Shown here in pieces: positions 20,501 through 30,676 of a DNA stretch of 64,000 nt. A model generated the notes under the pieces. The model had not been told where the DNA came from, did no database searches, and saw nothing but the letters and a program-made list of their open reading frames with translations. The position numbers and the translations under genes are program-made. Source of the stretch: Candidatus Versatilivorator sp. (GTDB lineage Bacteria > Acidobacteriota > Terriglobia > Versatilivoradales > Versatilivoraceae); assembly GCA_965207735.1 (NCBI GenBank), contig OZ242296.1, forward strand, positions 3,872,001 to 3,936,000, given 5' to 3'. Position 1 is the stretch's first letter, and every line of letters begins with the position of its first letter.

Positions 20501-20720
20501 CCCGGCTCAGGCGACCGCAGAGTCGCGCCTGTCCCGGTGAGGGTGCGCCGATCGCCTATTTCAGCGCCGCACCTGCCGCCCGTTCCTTTCTTACTTCTCA
20601 ATTCCAATAGATTTTCCCCGGGCGTCAGCCCGAGGTTTTCGCTAAGCTGCGATGCGGGTTCGCATTTTGCCGTGGGCGTAAGCCATTGGATTGCTCTTCC
20701 CGGGTGACGAGGAGGTCGGC

Positions 20721-22637
20721 GTGAAGCGGGTTGCAGGGTTGCTCTCTTTGGTGCTGGTGCTGACCGCCGGGGGCCTTTGGGCCAATGAGGCCCCGGAGAA
20801 TCGGAAAAGAAATCCGAAACTGCTCTCAATGACACCCATGGGCGGTCACCCGGGCTCCTCCCTGGAATTCCGAGTGCGCGGAGAAGATCTGGAGGGGATC
20901 CGTTCCGTCTGGCTGGATTGTGATGGCTTGACTGCCAAAGTGAAGACGGTCAAGGAGATCAAGCTGGAAAAGGCCAGGTTCTCGAGGAAGACCTACTCCC
21001 CGGGACAGGAGGTGTGGATCCAGGTCGAAATCGCGGCGGATGCCGCGCAGGGGGCTCACTCCCTCCGACTCCTCACCGAGTGGGGCCTGTCGGGGCCGGT
21101 GACACTGGTGGTCAGCAACCGGAAGGTCGCGCGGGAACAGCCGAATCCCCATCACGACCCCGACAGTGCTCAGATGCTTGAGTTGCCGGCCAATCTCAAC
21201 GGCAGGATCGGCCGGAACGGGGAGGTGGATTTCTATGCCTTCGAGGTGCTTGAGAACCAGGAACTGCAGTTCGAAGTCCTGGTTGCCGGCGGAATCCTGT
21301 CGGGCTCTCCCATTCACTTGCGGGACCCCGAGCTGATTCTCTACCAACCTTCCCAGGGTTGGTTTCAGGGTGAAGCCCGGCGGCTGGAAACTCGCGTTGA
21401 ATCGACGATTTTCCTCCTGCCGGTAGAGGGAGGAATCCTGAGGCCCCGGCTGCGGCACCGCTTCAGCAAACCGGGCCGTTACCTGGTTGCCGTCGGAAGC
21501 CTGGCTCAAAAAGGGGGTCCCGGCCACAACTATCAATTGCGGATCGCTCCGGTCGGGTCAAGCTCCCGGCACGGTCAGGAACATTGGACCCGTTACCGTC
21601 CGGCCCATGCTGCCCCCCTTGTCGACTGGCAGGAGAGAGGTTTTGGTCGGGAGATCCATCCCGGCCGGCGCCAACAACTCCGGTCCCGCGCCTTCGCTGA
21701 ACCTGACGGCAACCCCGCTACGACTCCTGTGGGAGAGGGTACGGATCAGCCAGACCGGTCCAGTGCCGGCCCCGGCGATCAGACTGCGCCCCTGGCCCGG
21801 TATCCTTCCCTGGTGGAATCCGAACCCGACGAGACGCCGGATTCAGCTTCAGCCATTTCCCTTCCCGTCATGCTCGAGGGGAGAATTGACGCTCCCGGGG
21901 ACCTCGACCACTTCCGTTTTTCGGTGCAGGCAGGGCAGAGAGTCGCCTTCGAGATCCAGACCGTGGACCGGATGTTCCCGGAGCTGAGCCCTTGGCTGGA
22001 GGTGCTGGATGCCTCCGGAAAAGCCGTCTGCTCCAATGTCTATCGAAACGTGGAGAACAATTCCGCCTACTGGCAGAGGTTTCTCCAGTCCAAGACGATC
22101 TTTACCTTCGAGGAAGCGGGCGACTACATTTTGCGGCTCAGGGACCTGACCTCCCGGCGAGGAGGGAATGGATTCACCTACCGGGTGCTGGTTCGTCCTC
22201 AGGTGCCCCACATCGGCGAGGTGAGCTTGGCGGGTGGAGACCCCATCAACCTGGTTCCGGGTGAAGCCAGAACCCTCAAGCTGACCCTGGAGAGGGAAGA
22301 GGGGTTGGATCAGATGGTGACGCTGCATCTGGAGAATCTGCCCCCGGGGGTTCAAGTGCTCCCGACAGTCGTCCCGGAGCAAGAATCGGGGAATCCCAGA
22401 CGCACGCGGAACGAAGTCCATCCGGACCGGTTTTTCCCGCGGAAACAGGAAGTATCCTTGACGCTTTTGGCGGAGGGAGACACTCCGGGTCGCTTGCGCC
22501 CTCATCCGGTGAGATTGGTTGCCCGGGTGGTAGCGGAGGGGCGTCCAGGTCAACCCTTTCCCTTGAAGGATCTCTTCCTGACGGTGGTCGACCCGGTGAT
22601 GCCCAAGACGGTCAGTCAAATCGCAGCGGGAGATTAG
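20721..22637 (+). CDS. PPC-domain exported protein, module 2
   Basis: GTG start after GAGGAGG; paralog of 14556-16529. Confidence 0.85.
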   Translation: MKRVAGLLSLVLVLTAGGLWANEAPENRKRNPKLLSMTPMGGHPGSSLEFRVRGEDLEGIRSVWLDCDGLTAKVKTVKEIKLEKARFSRKTYSPGQEVWIQVEIAADAAQGAHSLRLLTEWGLSGPVTLVVSNRKVAREQPNPHHDPDSAQMLELPANLNGRIGRNGEVDFYAFEVLENQELQFEVLVAGGILSGSPIHLRDPELILYQPSQGWFQGEARRLETRVESTIFLLPVEGGILRPRLRHRFSKPGRYLVAVGSLAQKGGPGHNYQLRIAPVGSSSRHGQEHWTRYRPAHAAPLVDWQERGFGREIHPGRRQQLRSRAFAEPDGNPATTPVGEGTDQPDRSSAGPGDQTAPLARYPSLVESEPDETPDSASAISLPVMLEGRIDAPGDLDHFRFSVQAGQRVAFEIQTVDRMFPELSPWLEVLDASGKAVCSNVYRNVENNSAYWQRFLQSKTIFTFEEAGDYILRLRDLTSRRGGNGFTYRVLVRPQVPHIGEVSLAGGDPINLVPGEARTLKLTLEREEGLDQMVTLHLENLPPGVQVLPTVVPEQESGNPRRTRNEVHPDRFFPRKQEVSLTLLAEGDTPGRLRPHPVRLVARVVAEGRPGQPFPLKDLFLTVVDPVMPKTVSQIAAGD

Positions 22638-22642
22638 CCATG

Positions 22643-23195
22643 TCCCCGGTTCATTCGATGGGGCGGATCATTCGAGGGTGAAACAACGGAGCTTCATGGC
22701 CTATCGGGAACAAGGACCCTGTCCCGTGAATCCGGATTCACGGACTATTGAACATGGATGGACAGGATGCACAGGATAATCAGGACGAGACGATGCCGCA
22801 CAGGGAGCGGATTCGCTCAATGGTCGGGTCCGTCTTCGAGGGGTTCCAGGAGCTTGGGAGCGGGATCTGGAATCCTGGTTGAAAGCGGGGCGATGGTTGA
22901 GCGCAAGGCGGTGGAAACTCTCGTCCAATAATCCTGTATATCCTGTCCATCCATGTCAATAAACCCTCGACTCATGCTTGACTTTGGACCGGATTCCCGC
23001 CACCAGGCGCAGCGTTTGGTTCAGGCAAGCCGGGCCCCCGCCCTAGTGTGCGGATCATACATAGAGTGAAACAATCGGAAATCGATATTCCCTTCGTGAA
23101 CTTGGTATCCCGTCGCGGTTAACTTCAGCGCCTTAGTGGCCCTTCGTGCCCCTTCGTCGATAAATCTTTTTCTTTTGTCGGTTGTTTCAGGTAAG
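22643..23195 (+). repeat. tandem IS110-end cassettes: type B (22643-23029) plus type A (23030-23195)
   Basis: Each begins ..CGGATCAT..GTGAAACAA and ends TTG(T/G)TTCAGG(C/T)AAG. Confidence 0.85.
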
Positions 23196-23204
23196 GCGGT
23201 TACG

Positions 23205-25775
23205 ATGATCATGGCGCCAGCCAGGCGAAATCAGCTGTTCCGGTCGATCCTCATTGCCGGATCCCTGGGCTTGGCGGTCGGTTTGCTTGGAGCCCTCGGT
23301 CCGGGCCGCGCCTTGGCCGAGGATCGACTGTCCGCCTCCGGGATCGTTTCCCTGCGGCTGATGCCGGAGCAGGTGGTGCTTGAAGGAGCCGGCGCCGGCC
23401 AGCGCGTTCTGGTGCTGGCGACGGGTGGCGACGGCCTGGAGCGGGAGGTAACGGTGCAGGCAAGCCTGTCGATTTCCCACCAGGACGTAGCCAGGCTGGG
23501 TCCGAGAGGCAAGGTGGTTTCGGTTTCCGATGGAGAGACCGCCCTCCGGGCGTCACTGGGCGGCCGGAGCGCCCTGGCCACGGTCCGCACCAGTCAATCC
23601 GGAAGGAAGGAACAGGTCAGCTTCGCCACCGACATCGCCAGAATACTGACCAGGCAGGGTTGCAATGGCAGCAGTTGTCACGGAGGCGTGAAGGGCCGGG
23701 GCGGGTTTCGACTCTCCTCCAATGCCATGCATCCCGCCGAAGATTACGATTGGATTGTGCGGGGCGGAGGCTACCAGGTTCTCACCGACAAGCCCCGCGG
23801 TGCCCGAATTCCCCGCATCGACCTCAAAGATCCAGACAACAGCCTCTTCCTGCTGAAGCCGACTCTGGAGCAACCCCATGGCGGTGGGATGCGGTTTGAA
23901 AAAGGTTCCACGGACTACCGGACGATCCATAGCTGGATTCGAGCCGGTGCACCCTATGGCCGGGCCGCGGGGACGGATCCGGTCATCCGGCGACTGGAGG
24001 TCTTTCCGGAAGAGGCGGTGGTGCTTGAGGACGGCCGCTACCAGATGCTGGTCACGGCTTACTTCTCCGACGGCCGCAGCCAAGACCTTACCGAGCAGGT
24101 TCGCTTTGAATCGTTGGATCGGGAAGTGTTGGAGGTAAGTTCCGGCGGGCGGGTGCAGGGAAGGCGCGTCGGCGAAGCCGTGGTCCTGGTTCGGGCGGCA
24201 GGCAAGGTGGGCCACGCCCGCTTCGGCGTGATCCGCCGGACCCTGGACGGTTTCCCCCGGGTGGCGCGGAACAATCTTGTCGACGAGGAAATCTTTGACA
24301 AGCTGGAGCGCTTCCACATCCTTCCCTCTCCGCCGGCTGACGATGCCGAGTTTCTGCGTCGGGTCTGCCTGGATGTAACGGGAACCCTGCCGCCTCCCCA
24401 GCGGGTTCGGGAGTTCCTGGCCAGCCACGATCCGGAAAAGCGGGAGAAGCTGGTAGAAGTCCTGCTCGATTCCGCTGAATACGTTGACTATTGGACCTTC
24501 CGCTGGTCGGATCTCTTTCGGGTCCGGCTTTCCGCCTACGACTATTGGGAGTGGGTACGCCAGAGCCTGGCCTCCAACAAGCCTTACGACCTGGTCGCCC
24601 AGGAGAGGATCGCCGCCCAGGGAGCCGATGGCGCCTCCAAACACCTCATACGGGCCGGCGCCAACGTGGAACGGGTGGTGGCGGAGCAGTTCCGGGTCTT
24701 CTTCGGCCGCCGCATGGATTGCGCCCAGTGCCACAACCATCCCTACGATCTGTGGACCCAAAACCAGTTCTGGGGGCTGGCCGCCTTCTTCGGTCGAGCC
24801 ACCAATATCGGGAGCGGGTCGAACCAGGTCGTCTTTGACGATCCGGCGGGACAGGAACAGGACTATGGGGAGATGGGACAGACTTCGCTGGTCTTCAAGC
24901 AGGTCACCCATCCCCGGAACAAGACCCGGGTGGAACCCGCCTTCCTGGACGGGACTGTCCTGGCTCCCACTTCCAGAACCGATCAGCGCCTGGAACTGGC
25001 TCGCTGGATGACGGACCATCCGGACTTTGCCAGGGCGACGGTCAATCGTTACTGGGGCCATTTTTTTGGAAGAGGGTTGGTGGAACCGGTGGACGACTTC
25101 CGTTTGGGGAATCCGGCCACCCATCCCCGGCTGCTGAATCGGCTGGCCGAGGATTTTCGCGAGCACGGCTACGACCTGAAGCACCTGATCCGGCGAATCG
25201 TCCTGTCCAGGACCTATCAACTCTCCAGCCGGACCAATCCGGGGAATCGAGAGGACGGCATCAATTACTCCCACGCGCTGCCTCGACCTCTCGAAGCAGA
25301 AGTGCTGTTGGACGCTATTTCGGCCGCGACCGGCGTCCCCCAGGATTTCGTTCCCCCCGGCGGAGAAATCTACGCCTACGAAACCGCGGCCCCGGGAACA
25401 CGGGCCATCAATCTGAAGTTTCCCGCCAGCTACCGATCCCGGTTCCTGGACATCTATGGCCGGCCTCAGCGGGATTCGGTGGGAGGACGGGACAACAAGG
25501 CCAATCTCAGCCAGGCGCTGCACATCCTGGTCGGCTCGACCTACAACCGTAAGCTCGGCCAGCCGGGAGGGCGCCTGGCGGCGTTGCTCAGCCGTCGAGC
25601 TTCGGACCGGGAGGCGATCGAGGAACTCTACCTGGCCACCCTCTCCCGCTTTCCCGCGGACGAGGAGTTGGGCCGGCTGACCGCGCTGGTTCGCTCCCAC
25701 CCCCAGCGCGGGGAAGCCCTGGAAGACCTGCTGTGGGCTCTGATCACTTCCCGGGAGTTCGCGGAAAACCACTGA
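23205..25775 (+). CDS. DUF1549/DUF1553 protein, module 2
   Basis: GCNGSSCHG, DDAEFLRRVCLDVTG, CAQCHNHP, VNRYW..GLVEPVDD. Confidence 0.93.
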   Translation: MIMAPARRNQLFRSILIAGSLGLAVGLLGALGPGRALAEDRLSASGIVSLRLMPEQVVLEGAGAGQRVLVLATGGDGLEREVTVQASLSISHQDVARLGPRGKVVSVSDGETALRASLGGRSALATVRTSQSGRKEQVSFATDIARILTRQGCNGSSCHGGVKGRGGFRLSSNAMHPAEDYDWIVRGGGYQVLTDKPRGARIPRIDLKDPDNSLFLLKPTLEQPHGGGMRFEKGSTDYRTIHSWIRAGAPYGRAAGTDPVIRRLEVFPEEAVVLEDGRYQMLVTAYFSDGRSQDLTEQVRFESLDREVLEVSSGGRVQGRRVGEAVVLVRAAGKVGHARFGVIRRTLDGFPRVARNNLVDEEIFDKLERFHILPSPPADDAEFLRRVCLDVTGTLPPPQRVREFLASHDPEKREKLVEVLLDSAEYVDYWTFRWSDLFRVRLSAYDYWEWVRQSLASNKPYDLVAQERIAAQGADGASKHLIRAGANVERVVAEQFRVFFGRRMDCAQCHNHPYDLWTQNQFWGLAAFFGRATNIGSGSNQVVFDDPAGQEQDYGEMGQTSLVFKQVTHPRNKTRVEPAFLDGTVLAPTSRTDQRLELARWMTDHPDFARATVNRYWGHFFGRGLVEPVDDFRLGNPATHPRLLNRLAEDFREHGYDLKHLIRRIVLSRTYQLSSRTNPGNREDGINYSHALPRPLEAEVLLDAISAATGVPQDFVPPGGEIYAYETAAPGTRAINLKFPASYRSRFLDIYGRPQRDSVGGRDNKANLSQALHILVGSTYNRKLGQPGGRLAALLSRRASDREAIEELYLATLSRFPADEELGRLTALVRSHPQRGEALEDLLWALITSREFAENH

Positions 25776-25807
25776 GGGACCGTTACCGGTCATAGCGAGG
25801 TAGTTCC

Positions 25808-27151
25808 ATGAAAAAGCCAAGTCGTTGGATAGTCGACGGAGCCGATCTCAGCCGCCGTTCCATGCTGCGGGTAGGTGCCTTGAGCTTCATGGGAATGAAC
25901 CTGAGCCGTTATCTGCAGGCGGCTCCGCTCGTGAACTCGAGCGGCACGGCGCTGCCGGGCAAGGCTCAGGCTTGCATTCTGCTCTGGCTCAACGGAGGTC
26001 CCAGCCACATCGACATGTGGGACCCCAAGGTCAACAGCTCCTTCAAGCCCATCTCGACCAACGCGCCGGGCATTCAGATCTCTGAACTTCTGCCTCGTTC
26101 GGCCAGGCACATGGACAAGCTGGCGGTCATTCGTTCCATGCATACCGAGGAGAACAACCATGGCATGGGGCACCACTATGTCATGACCGGGCATCGTCCC
26201 AACCCCTCCATGAAATTTCCGGCCTTCAGCTCCATCATCACCAAGGAGATGGGGCCGCGCAAGGGCGTGCCGGCCAATATCATCGTCCCCAAGATCCATC
26301 CGGGATACAGGAACTATTACAAGGCTCACTTTCTGGGAGCCCAATATGAACCCCTGGAGATTCCCGATCCCAACGACCAGGGGTTCGAGGTGCCCGACCT
26401 GAGCTTGCCGGACTGGCTCACGGTGGAGCGCATGGAGTCGCGGCGCACCTTCCTGGGGGTGGTGGACCAGCTCTACCGACAGAAGGTGGAAAGGGCCGAG
26501 CATGCCAGCATGGATGCCTTTCGGGCGCAGGCCTGGAACATGATCCTGTCTCCGGCTGTCCGCGAGGCCTTCGACCTCTCCAAGGAGTCGGAGGCGACCC
26601 GGGATGCCTATGGCCGCAACACCTTTGGCCAGAGCGTGCTGATCGCTCGGCGCATGGTGGAGGCGGGCAGCCGCTTCGTGACGGCTCTGGATCTGAACCG
26701 GCCCGAGACGGGGCGCGATTGGGACACCCACTTCGGCAACGATTACCAGCACCGCGACTACCTGGTGCCGGTGGTGGACCGGACGCTGTCGGCGCTGCTG
26801 GAGGATCTTGAGCAGAGAGGCCTGCTGGAGTCAACGGTGGTGGTGGTGACGGGGGAGTTCGGCCGGACCCATGACCTCAATGTAGGCGGCGGCCGGGATC
26901 ACTGGTGCCATTGCTTCTCGGTGGCGCTGGGCGGCGGCGGAATCCGAGGCGGCCAGGTGATCGGATCCAGCGACGAGCGCGGGGCCTATGTGGCCGATCG
27001 GATGGTGACCGTCGGGGACCTGCTGGCGACCATCTACAAGGCCTTCGGCATCGATTGGACCAAGGAGTACATGCATCCCATCGGCCGCCCGCTCAAGATT
27101 GCCAACTCCATCAACGACGAGACCGGAACGCCCATCCAGGAACTGGTATAG
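25808..27151 (+). CDS. DUF1501 protein (Tat signal), module 2
   Basis: SRRSMLRVG, WLNGGPSHIDMWDPK, GEFGRT, GRDHW. Confidence 0.94.
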   Translation: MKKPSRWIVDGADLSRRSMLRVGALSFMGMNLSRYLQAAPLVNSSGTALPGKAQACILLWLNGGPSHIDMWDPKVNSSFKPISTNAPGIQISELLPRSARHMDKLAVIRSMHTEENNHGMGHHYVMTGHRPNPSMKFPAFSSIITKEMGPRKGVPANIIVPKIHPGYRNYYKAHFLGAQYEPLEIPDPNDQGFEVPDLSLPDWLTVERMESRRTFLGVVDQLYRQKVERAEHASMDAFRAQAWNMILSPAVREAFDLSKESEATRDAYGRNTFGQSVLIARRMVEAGSRFVTALDLNRPETGRDWDTHFGNDYQHRDYLVPVVDRTLSALLEDLEQRGLLESTVVVVTGEFGRTHDLNVGGGRDHWCHCFSVALGGGGIRGGQVIGSSDERGAYVADRMVTVGDLLATIYKAFGIDWTKEYMHPIGRPLKIANSINDETGTPIQELV

Positions 27152-28036
27152 CCTTGCGGTTGACGCCCGAACTTTCGCAGCGGGCGGATCGACCCGTTTG
27201 GCCGCGGCGCCCTCCCGGTGCTTGATGGTGCCGAAGAGCTTCCCGAACTTGACCTGGGCCTCGTATTTGACGGGGATTCTGGCTCCGTCATCGCTGAACC
27301 AGAGCACGAAGCTTCCGCCCCCCTTGAAGAGACCTCCCACCGAAACGGTGTCGATCCTGATGGCGGACCAGGTTCCCGCAATGGCCTCCACCTGCTCGCG
27401 CCTCACTGCCCGGATGTCGACTTCCTTGACCACCCCGTTGTCGCTTACGTGCAGTGGATAGTTATCTCCCACCCGGAGTCCTCGCAATCGCGTGCGGTAA
27501 ATGGCCGACAGGAAGTCCTGGACGCAGGGGGGAAGGTCCTCCAGTTCCTCATTCTTCAACTCCCTGGGCGGCCTTTGGGCAGCGTCGTAGGCCAGGTACC
27601 GCCCCCGGCGTGCCTGCTGGTCGAAGGTGAGCACCACGTCGCGGTGCCGCCTGCCTTCCCGGGTGATCTTGGTGAATCGATTGGGGCAGAACCCCTCAGC
27701 CGCCACCAGCGACTCGAAGTGGTCCTTGACGGTGATGCCTGTCAGTCTGGGCAGCACTCCCGAAGAAACCGCGTCGGCCGTGATCCTGAAAATCGGCTTC
27801 CCGCCGTCGTCAACTCCCTTCTCGAATTTGAGGGTCATCTCGCCGGCGCTGATGGTGGGGATGAAGAATAGCCAGGCCGGCGGGTCCCAGCGGACCTCGT
27901 AGACGAGGGTCTCACCGCCGGGGATAACCTCGGAAGGGTTGCTCAAGCCGGAGGATTGGAGACAAGGCGATCCGGGGAAGGCCAGGGTCCACACCGCCAG
28001 CAGGATCGGTGCGGAGATTGGAGAGCTCGCCCGCAT
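26831..28036 (-). CDS. DUF3108-like exported protein (frame overlaps the DUF1501 3' end)
   Basis: PGGETLVYEVRW, QDFLSAIYRTR, LWFSDDGARIPVK; family-like region ends near 27220. Confidence 0.75.
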   Translation of the reverse strand: MRASSPISAPILLAVWTLAFPGSPCLQSSGLSNPSEVIPGGETLVYEVRWDPPAWLFFIPTISAGEMTLKFEKGVDDGGKPIFRITADAVSSGVLPRLTGITVKDHFESLVAAEGFCPNRFTKITREGRRHRDVVLTFDQQARRGRYLAYDAAQRPPRELKNEELEDLPPCVQDFLSAIYRTRLRGLRVGDNYPLHVSDNGVVKEVDIRAVRREQVEAIAGTWSAIRIDTVSVGGLFKGGGSFVLWFSDDGARIPVKYEAQVKFGKLFGTIKHREGAAAKRVDPPAAKVRASTARLYQFLDGRSGLVVDGVGNLERAADGMHVLLGPIDAEGLVDGRQQVPDGHHPIGHIGPALVAGSDHLAASDSAAAQRHREAMAPVIPAAAYIEVMGPAELPRHHHHR

Positions 28037-28137
28037 ATCTCACCGGGGGGTTGGAAACGTCGGTTCTCAATCCACGAAGGGATGCGAAGGAAAAAAGATA
28101 TCCACGAAAGGCCACGGAGAAAAACCCAAAGAAAATG

Positions 28138-28648
28138 GAGCCTTTTGCAAAATTCGTCGTCAGGCGATCCTTTTTCGGATCGCGGCATTTTCCTCCCGAG
28201 TCCCTCAAGGATCCGGTGACACTGAACCGGTTTGCCGTCTGAAGCTCAATGGCCACAAAAGGCACAAAAACACAAAAAGAACCATCGGATGGGCAATTCT
28301 CGAAATCAAGAAACCCGTTTTGTGCCTTTTGTGGTTTCTGTTGTCTCTTGTGCTTATCGTGGTGAATGCCGGAGCCTGCAGCACATCATCCTTGCCGCCT
28401 CAATGTCATTCCCGATGGCGATATTTGCAAAAGGCTCATAATAAACATGGATGCACAGGATGCACAGGATAACCAGGACGGGACGCTGCTGCACGAGAAG
28501 CCAACTCCGGCAATGATCGTGTGCGGATTTGCGGATGCTCAGGATTATCAGTTAGCCGTTTCCTGAAAAAATCCTGTGCATCCATGTTGATCAAAACCTG
28601 TTCCGAGCCTCCATAAAACCGTTGGCTGCGGAATTTTGCAAAAGGCTC
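28138..28648. mobile_element. MITE with 18-bp TIRs and AATG duplication (IS1182/IS5-like ends)
   Basis: GAGCCTTTTGCAAAATTC / GAATTTTGCAAAAGGCTC; AATG at 28134-28137 and 28649-28652. Confidence 0.85.
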
Positions 28649-28694
28649 AATGAGCTATTTCGCTACTCAGGGGCGACCCGGGAAGTCATGCGGG

Positions 28695-29969
28695 TTAGCC
28701 GCCGGGCTCTTGCACCACCGGAAGCGCGGCGTCTCTGCTGGAGTAGTGCGAGTCCACGTATCCGTCGATCAGCTCCAGGAACTCGGCCACCAGTCCTGCG
28801 CCGCGCAAGGTGGTCTTGAGTTGGCCGTCGACAAACACGGGCGCTTTGGGGTCTTCTCCCGTTCCCGGAAGGGAAATGCCGATATGGGCGTGCTTGGATT
28901 CCCCGGGGCCGTTGACGATGCAGCCCATGACCGCAACCTTGAGGTCTTCGACACCCTCATACCGATCCTTCCAGATCGGCATTTGAGCTCTCAAGTAGCT
29001 CTGGATCTCCTCGGCCATCTCCTGAAAAAAAGTGCTGGTGGTGCGGCCGCAGCCCGGGCAGGCGGTCACTTGAGGCAGAAAGCTGCGAATTCCCATGGAC
29101 TGGAGAATCTGTTGGCAGACCTGGACCTCTTCGGTGCGGTCGCCCCCGGGTGCAGGTGTCAGGGAGACCCTGATGGTATCTCCGATTCCCTCCTGAAGCA
29201 GTACAGCCAGGGCGGCCGCGCTGGCCACGATCCCCTTGGCCCCCATGCCCGCCTCGGTCAATCCCAGGTGAAGGGGGTAGTCGCAGCCCCTCGCCAGGAC
29301 CCGGTAGACCTGGATGAGATCCTGAACTCCCGAGACCTTGGCGCTCAAGATGATGCGGTCGTGAGGCATCCCGTATTCTTCCGCCAAGCGGGCCGATTCC
29401 AGCCCGCTCCTGACGATGGCGTCCCGGGTCACCTCGGCGGCGTCCTTCGGCTGGGAGGAGGCCGCATTTTCGTCCATCAGGCGGACCAGCAGCGCCTGAT
29501 CCAGCGACCCCCAGTTCACCCCGATCCTGACCGGCTTGGCGTTTTCGTTGGCCACCTCGATCATGCGCCGGAAGTTGTTGTCCCGGTGCCTGCCGGCGCC
29601 GACGTTGCCGGGGTTGATGCGGTACTTGGCCAGGGTTCGGGCGCAGCCGGGAAAGCGGCTGAGCAGGAGATGCCCGTTGTAATGAAAATCCCCTATCAGC
29701 GGGACTCCGATCCCCAGGTCGCGCAGCCGGGACGCGATCTCGGGGACCGCCCGGGCTGCCTGATCGTTGTTTACCGTGATCCGAACCAGCTCCGAGCCCG
29801 ACAGGGCCAGAGCGGCCACCTGGTTGGCGGTGGCGGCAGCATCGGCAGTGTCGGTGTTGGTCATGGACTGCACCGCCACCGGATATCCGTAGCCTACCAT
29901 GACCGGTCCTACCCGGACCGCCACCGTCTGCCGCCGTTGAATCGTGTCCATCCGAAGCCTCTCCGCCAC
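28695..29969 (-). CDS. ispG: flavodoxin-dependent HMBPP synthase
   Basis: [42 protein letters not shown]. Confidence 0.97.
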   Translation of the reverse strand: MAERLRMDTIQRRQTVAVRVGPVMVGYGYPVAVQSMTNTDTADAAATANQVAALALSGSELVRITVNNDQAARAVPEIASRLRDLGIGVPLIGDFHYNGHLLLSRFPGCARTLAKYRINPGNVGAGRHRDNNFRRMIEVANENAKPVRIGVNWGSLDQALLVRLMDENAASSQPKDAAEVTRDAIVRSGLESARLAEEYGMPHDRIILSAKVSGVQDLIQVYRVLARGCDYPLHLGLTEAGMGAKGIVASAAALAVLLQEGIGDTIRVSLTPAPGGDRTEEVQVCQQILQSMGIRSFLPQVTACPGCGRTTSTFFQEMAEEIQSYLRAQMPIWKDRYEGVEDLKVAVMGCIVNGPGESKHAHIGISLPGTGEDPKAPVFVDGQLKTTLRGAGLVAEFLELIDGYVDSHYSSRDAALPVVQEPGG

Positions 29970-30054
29970 GTTTGCATTGAGATCAGGCCAATGCCAACAC
30001 AGAGTAAAGGAATTGCCGATATCGGGTCAAGCCGGGGGCATTGTCCTTGTTAAT

Positions 30055-30480
30055 CACGGGGCGCCGAGCTTGCCCCCCTCCGGATCGACTGCGGGCTCCG
30101 CCTATTGGTAGTCACGCACGGGGCGCCGCGTCTGCCCCCCTCCGGCTCGACTGCGGGCTGGCGCACCTTCGGGACGCCGAGTTTGCCCCCCTCCGGCTCG
30201 ACAGCGGGCTCCGCCCTCTCGCCGACTCCCCCTCAAGGGGGGAGTGATACTTGAGGCTTGCACATGGCTTCTTGCCCCATTCCTGGGCAGGATGTAAACC
30301 ATGTTTCCGGTCTAACGCATAAACTCCGTTCCCTCTTCATAACACGGATATCACTCCCCCCTTGAGGGGGAGTCGCAGAAGCCGAGCCGAATGGCGAAGG
30401 CTGATGCGGAGGGGGGCCAACGCGGCGCCTCCGAACGGTAGCGCCGAATGGCGAAGGCTGATGCGGTGGGGGGTGGAACG
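30055..30480. repeat. palindromic REP-like cluster
   Basis: Three CCCCCCTCCGG(A/C)TCGAC units; perfect 27-bp IR at 30223-30249/30349-30375; two GCCGAATGGCGAAGGCTGATGCGG units. Confidence 0.85.
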
Positions 30481-30676
30481 CGGGCCGCTGGGGCTCAGCA
30501 CAATTTTTGTACGGGTTTCAATAAATGCATCCTTCCTGAACGCACGGCCTCTCAAGAACCACAAGCACGCCCCTGCCCAACCACGTCCTGGACGTACGCC
30601 CATGGTAGCGCTTAAGTTCCTATAAATCAATTTCTTGCATTGCCTAGTAGCTTTGGTTATCCTACTCGCCATAGCT

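Noticed and set aside
23553-25820. Long antisense ORFs (also 28650-30053, 46079-47572, 55698-57149)
   Set aside because: GC-rich shadow frames opposite well-supported genes.
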